Part shown: one piece after another, positions 25,695 to 36,628 of the stretch
How positions within the stretch are numbered: the first letter of the stretch is position 1
Layout of the letters: each line of letters begins with the position of its first letter
Made by a program: the position numbers and the translations under genes
Notes under the pieces: model-generated
What the model was told of the DNA's origin: nothing
The model's database searches: none
The model's input: the letters and a program-made list of their open reading frames with translations, nothing else
Assembly (NCBI RefSeq): GCF_006345805.1
Contig: NC_043002.1
Coordinates: 93,248,001 to 93,312,000, forward strand
Direction: 5' to 3'
Origin: Octopus sinensis
Lineage: Eukaryota
Length of the DNA stretch: 64,000 bases

Positions 25695-27438
25695 AAAATT
25701 TGAAACAAATATTATTCTGGTTACATGCACTCATACACCTTTCTAATTTGACCTCTAGTGACCAAAGTACTTATCTAAGAATTATTTTTAGATAGCTAAT
25801 ATTATTGTATTAGTACTCAAAACGTTTTTCTTATCCCTAAAAAAGAAAAAAGATGAAGTTTGTAGCTCATTATTTTGAATAATTCAAAGTTTTCTATATT
25901 TAGCAAATTCCAACCTGGTACTGGCTGTTTATGACGTGATTATTCATTCCTTATATATGCTATCAATATATCGGATATAACAACCATGCCAAATCTAACT
26001 GGAAAAATATTCTTTCCTTGCTAATCATTGAGAGTTGCATGTTTGAGTTGTTGTTAATCTCAAATACTTGAACTTTTTTTAATTAAACTTAGCATTTGGA
26101 GTTCTTCAAGGAAAGATTTTGGGAAAGATAAACAATTCCCCACTCAACAACCTTTTCCTATGAATTCATTTATTGAGATACATATTTTGGTACTTGGCAT
26201 CATGTTCTTTTCTGTCTGGATACTTTTTTCAACATGAAAGTAAATAATTAGTTGGCATCTGATAAATGAACCATACTTGTTTGCTGAAATGATGATTATT
26301 ATTATTATTATTATTAATATTATTATTATTATTATTATTATTTTTTTTTTTTTTTTTATTAAGGTAGTGAGCTACCAGAAATTATTAGAACATTGGAAAA
26401 GATGCTTTTGCAGCAATTCTTCTGACTCATTATGTTCTGAATTCAAATTCTACCGAGGTTGACATTGCTTTTTGTCCTTTCAGGGTCAATTAAATAAGTA
26501 CCAGCCAAGCACTGGAATCGATGTAACCGACTTTCTCCTACCCTTAAAATTTGCTGGTCATGTGCCAAAATTAGAAAGAATTATTATTAATTATTTGGCA
26601 GAATTGTTAGCATATTGGACAAAATACTTAACAGCATTTCATTTGGCTATTTACATCCTAAGTTCAAATTCCACCAAGGTCAACTTGTCTTTCAGGGTCA
26701 ATAAAATAAGTACCAGTTGAGCACTGGGGTTAATGTAACTAACTAATTTCCCCTTCACAAATTCAGGCCCTGTACCTTTAGCAGAGGGAATTATTATTAT
26801 TTTTGTTATTCTTTATTCTTGAATTTCTTTAACTTGGATAAATATGTGTGTATATATACTCTTTTACTTGTTTCAGTCATTTGACTGGCCATGCTGGAGT
26901 ACCGCCTTTAGTCGAGCAAATCGACCCCATGACTTATTCTTTGTAAGCCTAGTACTTATTCTATCGGTCTCTTTTGCCGAACTGCTACATTACGGTGACG
27001 TAAACACACCAGCATCGGTTGTCAAGCAACATTTGGGGGACAAACACAGACACAGAAACATATACACACACACACACATATATATATACATATATACGAC
27101 AGGCTTCTTTCAGTTTCCATCTACCAAGTCCACTCACAAGGCTTTGGTCAGCCCGAGGCTATAGTAGAAGACACTTGCCCAAGGTATATTTCCAATATAT
27201 GACATAATTGGGGGCCAGTAGTGAGATACAAGTAGTAAGCTTTTGACTAAATATATTTGCTTTTTAGAAAATCTCTATAAGAGAAGTAAGTAGTAACTAT
27301 ACTGAGAAGTGATGTTTGTCACCACTTCAACATGGCTGTTCTGTACGAACCAACACTACTACCATTTTTTTAACCCCAAGAGGACATCTCTTCTAGCTGG
27401 TTATCAATGCAATCTCTCTCTCTATATATATATATTAA

Positions 27439-27642
27439 CCCTTTCATTACTGCATTTATTTTGAGATGCTCTGTGTTTCTTTCAATTACAATTTAGTAAA
27501 ATAACTTGGTTATCATTAAGATAGTGTTAGGAACATAAATTGTGACTAAGGTTTGGTGGAAGATTCTAATTCAAAACTTATGAAAACAAGACATTTGTAC
27601 TCAGAATCAGAGCTGGTTTCAGCCAGGTTGGTAACAAAAGGG
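27439..27642. mobile_element. piggyBac-like MITE (same family as 54643-54863)
   Basis: TTAA|ccctttcattac ... gtaacaaaaggg|TTAA; internal sequence closely similar to the copy at 54643. Confidence 0.8.
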
Positions 27643-29104
27643 TTAAGCAGGGTAGCAAACCCCTACCATCTTCTAGCAACTTATTTTTTGATTTCACTTT
27701 CATTGAAATGGCCCTTGAGGAAAGCACAAATATAGGGGAAATCTTTATATCTGTTGTTGTTGTTGCTGTTGATGATGTTTAGCCCTAGGTCAATCCTGAC
27801 TGAGTAGGTCTGTGATCATAAAGTATCCAGTTCGTGTTCTTCCCTTTTTAAGATGATAGAGTATGATTTGAGGAAAGTTGGGCTGCTATTTTTTCTAGCA
27901 GTTGAAGCAACTTTTAGGCCTGGTGTTTATTCTGTCCGTCACTTTTGTTGAACTGTTAAGTTTTGGGGATGTAAACACATACCAATGCCAGTTGTTAAGT
28001 GTTGGGACACACACTCATTTGTTGACCCAATCTAGCTTTGTACCTATGTAAGAAATCAATAATTACGCAATTACTGTATTATGCTCATCTCACCCTCTTG
28101 TACCTCAAGAGTTTTTCTCTGGCATTACATCACTACCTTCTTTTATCTCCTCAATTACCCTACCCACTCTTATGTAACATGGGGTAGCCGTGTATCTTCT
28201 CTGAAGCAACACACCTGTGCTTGTCCCTCTATCATACTTTTTAACCTTTCAACTTCTGGTATAAAACCATCCCCACTTAGTAGTGGGAGCTTTTCTTTTT
28301 TTCCTTGTTCTTTTTCAGTCTTGCAAGTTACTCAGTAACCCCACTAGTGCTGGTGACATGAAAAAAGAAACACCAAGTACTCACTGTATTTAATGTGGTT
28401 GGCATTAGGGAAGGCATCCATCTGTAGAAACCATGCTAAAACTGACACTGAAACCCAACACAGTCCTACAGCTTACCAGATTCTGTTGAACCATCTAATC
28501 CATGCCAGCATGGAAAATTAGCATTAATTCATGCTGCTGCTAATGATAATGATGATGATGATGATGATGAAATAAGCTGAAAGCCATTGTATGTTGTTAA
28601 TATAAAAACAATATAAGTACTAAAATTGGGAATTATTAGTGATAATTAAAAAGATAGTACCTGGTTGATGTGATTGATGGTCTCAAAGACTGATCATGTA
28701 TTGATATGAAATAATGTTTAATATCTGATATTGATCCTTAGACATTGTCATGTTGATCTTACAGGATTACTTTTTGAAAAACATGATTCAATTCTAATGT
28801 TTTGTTGAGTTCAATTCTGGTCTCTACTGCTGCTATTAAGGATCTCTTTTTAGTTAAGGTACCTGGCCAGTTTTCTAAAAATAGAGTGTATGTTTGATAT
28901 GATGCCCACAAATAGTTTTGCACTTCTGGTTAAGTTAGTGTTAACTTATTTCCTGGAAAGAGGTGTTCCATATTAGCCTGGCCTCTACCTTGACCTGTCC
29001 AGCATAGGAGGCTCTACCAGAAATTTGTGCCCTGCTGGTATAGTTGTCAGGATCATTGAAGCACATTAAGCCACCACATTTCAATGAGGACTGGAACTTA
29101 TGAA

Positions 29105-29550
29105 TTTATGTGTATTGTTGGCGATTTTCTTTCTCTGTCTTCCCTTCCTTGGACCTTTCTTTTTCTCTGTTTCTGCCAAAGAGCTCCACTCCTCCTTCTT
29201 GCCTTTCCTGAGCGTCCAATAACACTATACTTGCTTCACATCCTCACGTTGTTGTGTTTTCTCTTTGTTCATGTTTGGATTAACTATATATATATATATA
29301 GTTACTGATGCACAAGTAAAATCAGATTTGATTTTGAATTTTTGTCCCTCTTTGAAGAGGAATTCAAATCCTTCTAAAAGGTTTGGGCATGTTGCGCAAT
29401 TTGGCCTACCACATTTTTTCACTTTTGCATCCAAAATTTACCAATGCTACATAAGGACCCCAAATTAAAGGAAATTTTACACATACATAAAATCATTAAA
29501 AGCTACAAACAACCGAAATCACTAAAAAAGATCCTCACAAAGGCAAAATA
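29105..29550. mobile_element. Rearranged Penelope-like fragment
   Basis: + strand 29435-29550 reads NLPMLHKDPKLKEILHIHKIIKSYKQPKSLKKILTKAK. - strand from 29434 reads DAKVKKCGRPNCATCPNLLEGFEFLFKEGQKFKIKSDFTCAS. These are adjacent PLE linker and Cys-rich motifs in opposite orientations. Confidence 0.65.
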
Positions 29551-29564
29551 TTATATATATATAT

Positions 29565-30216
29565 ATCACCTTGATCTTTGATCACCTTGACCGACCAGTC
29601 CATCAGGCGTCCATTTGACACCGCTGGTCACAGCACGCTGTCCACTCCTCTCTGGATCGCGCCTTTCTCATCCACGTGATCCCAATCATCCTCTTGAAAT
29701 CGTAACTCCACCGTCGTGGAGGTCTTCTGGGTGGTCTTTTCTGCTCACGCGGGTACCACTCGACACTGCGTGCGTCCACCGATTATCGGTGAGCCGGGCG
29801 ACGTGTCCAGCCCATCTATACTTGCTGCGTGTATACTCTGCGATGACATCTCTCACGCCGGACTTCTTTCTGATGATCTTGCTACTTATGTGCTCTCTCA
29901 ACGAGATACCAAGCATTGACCTTTCCATGGCTCTTTGAGCTGTTACCAGTCTTTGCTCTTCTCTCTTTGTGGTAGCCCATGTTTCACTACCATATAACAT
30001 TGCAGGCAGAACTGCACTGTTAATGAGGTTGGCGCAGGTGGTCCTGTCCAATCTTCCCTTGAGCACATCCCTTATGCCATTGAACGCCTTCCATCCGGCC
30101 CTTACTCTCCGTAGGAGGTGAGGGAATATGTCTACCTGGGACAGGAAGTAAATATGTGCCGGGATATCAAAAAGGAGATCTCACGGAGAGTAAGGGCTGG
30201 ATGGAAGGCGTTCAAT
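29565..30216 (-). mobile_element. 5'-truncated RTE LINE with inverted 5' segment
   Basis: - strand ...VLPAMLYGSETWATTKREEQRLVTAQRAMERSMLG...RWAGHVARLTDNRW at 29565-30112; + strand EVREYVYLGQEVNMCRDIKKEISRRVRAGWKAFN at 30113-30216. (TA)n on both flanks. Confidence 0.85.
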
Positions 30217-30599
30217 ATATATATATATATATAGGAATCTGGCAATGATTTTTTTCTTTTTTTACCTATGTTCAATTTACAATGTGGTAAATTGACTAAA
30301 TCATTTGCAGTACTTGTTCCTCCTGCCAAAGTTAACCATACCTGTCTGCCATTCCTTCTTTCCTTTCTTTCTTTACTTATTTGTTTAAGTTAAAGATCCA
30401 GTTTTGTTGCGCTGATTTGGTCTGAGAATTATGTTATCAGTATAAGATGTGAAGCTCTAGAAACTGCATTGATTCAATCAGCCACTTACACATTAATTTC
30501 ATGAATAGAAATTTAGCTGGTTGAACAAACTTGATGCTCACCACTAAAACTAATGTGGAATCTGCCATCAACTGTGCTTAACTAAGATGTTTTGTCTTG

Positions 30600-30860
30600 T
30601 AGTGACGTCATATTCCAGTGTGCGCACACGCAACGTCATTCTTCAGTGTGCGTGTGCAGAACGTCCTTCTTCAGTATGCGTGTGCGGGGTTGGAACCTTC
30701 TGGAAAGGCATAAGGAAGTTCCCTCGTGCACATGCGCTAGAGACTGAAAAAGAAATTCTATAGCGTTCCTTAATAGCGTTGGGGACTTGAGACACGGCGA
30801 TAGAAGAGAAAGGACGTATTTTTAAACATGTGTTCAGCCTATTCTCCTGTCCCAGACGCT
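30600..30860 (+). promoter_or_regulatory. Candidate promoter / 5' region of the SYNJ2BP-like gene
   Basis: The most conspicuously CpG-rich segment upstream of the gene that I could not assign to a repeat. It contains a palindromic CRE (tgacgtca 30603-30610), NRF1/EWG-like tgcgcacacgca and gcacatgcgc (30728-30737), and a 28-bp triplication. No TSS data. Confidence 0.4.
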
Positions 30861-31944
30861 TAGGATTTAACCTGTTCTATTAATGCTGAATTGTTGTAAG
30901 AAGCTTACAAACGTTAGAATTCAGCCTTGCTGTGTTGAACTATGTGGATACCAGTACACCATCGTGTTTCATTGTTGAACCAAGAGAATAAAGAATTGTA
31001 TATATTTTTAAACTTGTGTTTCGTTCCTGACTGGTAGTTTCTAGAAACAAAAGGAAAGGAAATTGTGTTGCACCCAAGTTGCACCCCAAAAGTGTAAAGA
31101 AGCAACCAGTATCCCTTTACAGTCTGTTATTTCCTTTGTTTATCACTTATTTTTCTCCATTCCTTATAAATCCTTTATATGATATAGCCATGCTTGTATA
31201 AACTTCATATAACAAGAAAAATATGATACAATTCTATATTTCAGTTAACTTGTTTTTCATATGAAAGACGGAACTCTTTCATCACCATATTTCTTTTGAA
31301 ATACACTGCTTTTGTTTTAATTAATTTTGAAAATATTGAAGGATTAAGGAAAACAATTTTTGCCATTATTAAGCTGATGTTTGGAACATACAAAATCAAC
31401 AGAAATTTTGATGAAAGGTTTTAACTTAGATCACTTGAAAACAGTAAATTTATATCACAGAACCAGGAGCAGTTTTATGCAGGCTGTTATCAAAAGGGTT
31501 ATCCTTTTTGATAGCAATCACCATCACTAAATGTGTCTCTTGTAGTTTTATTTTAGACACAACTGCCAACATTTACTCTTTTATAATAGCTAGAATGTAA
31601 AGCAACTTGCGGTGTTCTATATCAGCATGAATAATTTCTATAAAACAATATAAAATCAAAGCATATAGGTCTGTAGTGTGAAGAAATAAGTATTGCTTCA
31701 CATAAGAATTTCAAGAGTTTGATAATTCTTACATAATATAACTTAAATTTTGGTTTTTCACTGAAGCTACTCTAAAGTGTTTCAAGGAAATATCTGTTAA
31801 TTTCATTTCGCCAGTGGGTTATGGCCATGCTGGGGTAATTAGTTCACAAGTGAAACGAAAATAGTTGCAATATCAATATCAAGCTTGTTGGATGACAAAG
31901 GAATTATTTTGAGCAATATATTTGTGGTTGTCTAACATAAATGA

Positions 31945-32367
31945 ATGTTAAAAACTGCTCTCTTGGCTTTATTGAGAAAACTCTATAGTTTGTAAGATAT
32001 TTGTTGTTTTCTTTTTCTTCAATTTCTGCAATTTCAACCAATCACTGACGTCCATTGAGGTAAAAAAACAAAACATTCTGTGCCGTATGAATATGTCCCT
32101 CGTTTAAGAAACAGATTGGGTTTATTTACATTTGTGAAGAAAAAAAGATACCCTTCCCCCTAACCCTAAAACAGATTGAAATGCAATAGATCGATACTAG
32201 GGTCACAATTATGGGTGACAATTTCATATGACACCGCTAGAAAAAACTGCCGTTCAAACCGAAAAGATCCGATGTTTTATAAACACATTCTACCAGTATA
32301 CGAAGTTTAAAATTTTTTAGTTACATAGAAATTATGTTAAAAACTGCCGTTCAAACCGAAAAGATCC
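31945..32367. mobile_element. Rearranged copy of Merlin-like MITE
   Basis: 31959-32270 is the inverted left ~310 bp of the element and 32271-32367 is the right end in normal orientation, leaving two TIR copies (aaaaactgccgttcaaaccgaaaagatcc) in direct orientation. Confidence 0.8.
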
Positions 32368-33188
32368 TAAATGCAATCCTACGCGTAAGCTCACTGCTAA
32401 AACTATCACGTGTCAGTTGGGAGAAATATGTATGCTCGTAGAAAAATGCATTTTAATTTTTTATCTGGCCTTTAAATGTTCTTGAGTCACAAGTTATTTC
32501 CCTTTAACATCTGGTCACAAGATACAGAACCAAAGCATTTTTATTGTTACTCCAAATCGTTGACTGTTTTCTATTAAATACCCCCATCCCTTACCAGAAA
32601 ATCAGTAAATTTTCCATTGAAATAATTTCTTTAAGCTGAGTTTATTATTTCTTGTGGAATAATAATAAAAATAAAAGCTTTTTGGCGTTTAAATTTTAAC
32701 GCAGAAATGTATAAATTGCCCCCTCTACCTTCTGTGTGTGGTACAGTGTTAAATATTGGCAGAATCATTAGAGCGTCAGATAAAATAACCTTGCGATATT
32801 TCTTCTGAATCGATCGTTATAAGCTGTATCGGGAGGTGGAGGATACTTCTTAAAGGAGAAAACTGCCGGTGTTCCAAAAAAAAAAAAAAGAAATGAAAAT
32901 TGCCCAGGTTTGCACTCTGGAGCGGAAATTTTCATATGAAAAAATTTGATCAACTTTACCCTGTTTTAAACCTTAGAATAGAACAGAACTGAATTTTTAA
33001 GTTTCTTATGTGCTTTTTCAGTCATCGTTTTAAAAGTAATTTTTGGTTGTCGGGAATTATCTCCCTTGTATTTTCAAATTTCCTATTTTCCCTTTACAAA
33101 ATTTAATACGCATTAAAATTATTTGAAAATACTTCTATAGTTTTCATTAATTTAAGCCATTAACATCCACAGATTAATTTTCAGAATG

Positions 33189-33568
33189 GGATCTTTTCGG
33201 TTTGAACAGCAGTTTTTTCTAGCGGTGTCATATGAAATTGTCACCCATAATTGTGACCCTAGTATCGATCTATTGCATTTCAGTCTGTTTTAGGGTTAGG
33301 GGTAGGGGGAATGGTATCTTTTTTTCTTCACAAATGTAAATAAACCCAATCTGTTTCTTAAACGAAGGACATATTCATACGGTACAGAATGTTTTTTTTA
33401 CCTCAATGGACGTCAGTGATTGGTTGAAATTGCAGAAATTGAAGTAAAAAAACAACAAATATCTTACAAACTATAGAATTTTCTCAATAAAGCCAGTATA
33501 CGAAGTTTAAAATTTTTTTAGTTACCTAGAAATTATGTTAAAAACTGCCATTCAAACCGAAAAGATCC
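33189..33568. mobile_element. Merlin-like MITE with perfect 8-bp TSD
   Basis: TSD tcagaatg at 33181-33188 and 33569-33576; ~29-bp TIRs ggatcttttcggtttgaa(c/t)rgcagttttt. GG termini with an 8-bp TSD fit the Merlin/IS1016 superfamily. Confidence 0.8.
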
Positions 33569-33717
33569 TCAGAATGTTCTCTAGTTTTTAAGGTGTGGGG
33601 TGGTGTGTTACAAGAACTTTAGTATCGTGTTCAGAGTTTTTGTCATAAATTCTTTGATCTTATTTTGGATTTGATTTTCTTTGCAACCCCTTAATTCATA
33701 TTTATTTATTTTTTCAG

Positions 33718-33854
33718 TTGGTCTTGGATTTAATATTCGGGGTGGAATTGATATGCCCCTGGCCTGGGATACAGGAATTTTTGTGGCTCGAATCAAAGAA
33801 AAAGAAGCAGCAGATATTGATGGCCGTTTAGAAGAAGGAGATAAAATTTTAGAG
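33718..33854 (+). CDS. SYNJ2BP: Coding exon of SYNJ2BP/OMP25-like PDZ protein (N-terminal half of PDZ; phase 1 start)
   Basis: Acceptor tttttcag|TT and donor GAG|gtaaat bound 137 nt reading [46 protein letters not shown]. It has the PDZ GLGF loop and GRLxEGDKIL motif and closely parallels vertebrate SYNJ2BP (GLGFNIVGG...[26 protein letters not shown], from recall). Confidence 0.9.
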
Positions 33855-34124
33855 GTAAATCACATTTTTCTTTATTTTTTCTTTCTTTTTTTTTTCTGCT
33901 TTAATATGATTTGATTAATTATACTCGATGAAAATGACTAATGAAAACTTGTCTTCATCAAACTATATATTGTTTAAATGATTATAACTTAAAATTTAGA
34001 GTGGGGTTCAGCACACCACGACTGCTTTGCAGTGAAAATAATATCTTTTGGATTGAAGGTACTAGAAAATTAGCTTTACTTTGTTATTGAATTTTTTTTG
34101 TTGCAATTGTTGTTTTTCATCATC

Positions 34125-36581
34125 CAAAACAAATCAAAATAGATGAACATCAATGGAATTTGTATCTTTGTGGTACCAGTGCCGGTGGCACACAAGAATC
34201 CATCCGAACGTGGCCGTAGTCAGTACCGCATCACTGGCCATCGTGCTGTGGGCACATAACAAACACCATCCGATCGTGGCCATTCGCCAGCCTCATCTAG
34301 CACCTGTGTCGGTGGCACATAAAAACACCATCCGAAGACCCGGCAAGACTAGTCTGGCCATAAACCATGGCCCCTACCTGGGACGTAGTCAGTCCACCTG
34401 TGCATACCTTCCTCCTTGTGATACTTGTGAAGGCCTGTTGAGGCAAGTGAAAATCAAAATCAAATCAAAACAAATCAAAATAGATGAACATCAATGGAAT
34501 TTGTATCCTTGTGGTACCAGTGCCGGTGGCACACAAGAGAAAACCATCCGAAAGTGGCCGTAGCCAGTACCGCATCGACTGGCCTCCGTGCTGTGGGCGC
34601 ATGACAAACACCATCCGATCGTGGCCGTTCGCCAGCCTCATCTAGCACCTGTGTCGGTGGCACATAAAAACACCATCCGAAGACCCGGCAAGACTAGTCA
34701 GGCCATAACCCATGGCCCCTACCTGGGACGTAGTCAGTCCACCTGTGCATACCTTCCTTCTTGTGACACTTGTGAAGACCTGTTGAGGTAAGTGAAAATC
34801 AAAATCAAAACAAATCAAAATAGATGAACATCAATGGAATCTGTATCTTTGTGGTACCAGTGCCGGTGGCACACAAGAGAACCATCCGAATGTGGCCGTA
34901 GCCAGTTCCGCATCGACCGGCCTCCATGCTGTGGGCACGTAACACACACCATCCGATCATGGCCGTTCGCCAGCCTCATCTGGCACCTGTGTCTTTGGCA
35001 CATAAAAACACCTTCCGAAGACCCGGCAAGACTAGTCAGTCCACCTGTGCATACCTTCCTTCTTGTGACACTTGTGAAGACCTGTTGAGGCAAGTGAAAA
35101 TCAAAATCAAATCAAAATAGATGAACATCAATGGAATTTGTATCTTTGTGGTACCAGTGCCTGTGGCACACAAGAATCCATCCGAACGTGGCCGTAGTCA
35201 GTACCGCATCGACTGGCCATCGTGCTGTGGGCACATAACAAACACCATCCGATCGTGGCCGTTCGCCAGCCTCATCTAGCACCTGTGTCGGTGGCACATA
35301 AAAACACCATCCGAAGACCCGGCAAGACTAGTCAGTCCACCTGTGCATACCTTCCTTCTTGTGACACTTGTGAAGACCTGTTGAGGCAAGTGAAAATCAA
35401 AATCAAATCAAAATAGATGAACATCAATGGAATTTGTATCTTTGTGGTACCAGTGCCTGTGGCACACAAGAATCCATCCGAACGTGGCCGTAGTCAGTAC
35501 CGCATCGACTGGCCATCGTGCTGTGGGCACATAACAAACACCATCCGATCGTGGCCGTTCGCCAGCCTCATCTAGCACCTGTGTCGGTGGCACATAAAAA
35601 CACCATCCGAAGACCCGGCAAGACTAGTCAGGCCATATCCCATGGCCCCTACCTGGGACGTAGTCAGTCCACCTGTGCATACCTTCCTCCTTGTGATACT
35701 TGTGAAGGCCTGTTGAGGCAAGTGAAAATCAAAATGAAATCAAAACAAATCAAATCAAATCAAATCAAAACAAATCAAAATAGATGAACATTAATGGAAT
35801 TGTATCTTTGTGGTACCAGTGCCGGTGGCACACAAGAAAACCATCCGAACGTGGCCGTAGTCAGTACCGCATCGACTGGCCTCCGTGCTGTGGGCACGTA
35901 ACACACACCATCCGATCGTGGCCGTTCGCCAGCCTCATCTGGCACCTGTGTCGGTGGCACATAAAAACACCATCCGAAGACCCGGCAAGACTAGTCAGGC
36001 CATAACCTGTGGCCCCTACATGGGACGTAGTCAGTCCACCTGTGCATACCTTCCTTCTTGTGACACTTGTGAAGACCTGTTGAGGCAAGTGAAAATCAAA
36101 ACAAATCAAAATAGATGAACATCAATGGAATTTGTATCTTTGTGGTACCAGTGCCGGTGGCACGTGGCACACAAGAAAACCATCCGAACGTGGCCGTAGC
36201 CAGTACCGCATCGACTGGCCTCCGTGCTGTGGGCACGTAACAAACACCATCCGATCGTGGCCGTTTGCCAGCCTCATCTGGCACCTGTGTCGGTGGCACA
36301 TAAAAACACCATCCGAGCGTGGCCGTCTGCCAGCCTCGTCTGGCACCTGTGTCGGTGGCACATAAAAAAACACCATCCGAGCGTGGCCGTTTGCCAGCCT
36401 CGTCTGGCACCTGTGTCGGTGGCACATAAAATCACCCACTACACTCTCGGAGTGGTTGGCGTTAGGAAGGGCATCCAGCTGTAGAAACACTGCCAGATCT
36501 GACTGGACTGGTGCAGCTTTCGGGCTCCCCAGACCCCAGTTGAACCGTCCAACCCATGCTAGCATGGAAAGCGGACGTTAA

Positions 36582-36628
<47 letters not shown>
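34125..36628 (+). repeat. 2.5-kb tandem array of RTE-3'UTR-derived units ending in the family C core and (TGA)15 tail
   Basis: agatgaacat recurs at 34141, 34482, 34822, 35119, 35415, 35782 and 36113 (periods 341, 340, 297, 296, 367, 331). Each unit holds ~60-bp subrepeats and a (caaaat)n tract. Tail at 36583-36628. Confidence 0.95.

Noticed and set aside
34960-34982. Hammerhead-like cagatgaggctggcgaac on the - strand of array units
   Set aside because: The core is CAGAUGA (U4 lost), there is no helix II, and GAAC or CAAA replaces GAAA in different copies.
34125-36628. CRISPR-like or coding interpretation of the array
   Set aside because: There are no unique spacers, whole units repeat, the context is eukaryotic, and the many overlapping ORFs on both strands are by-products of a GC-rich repeat.
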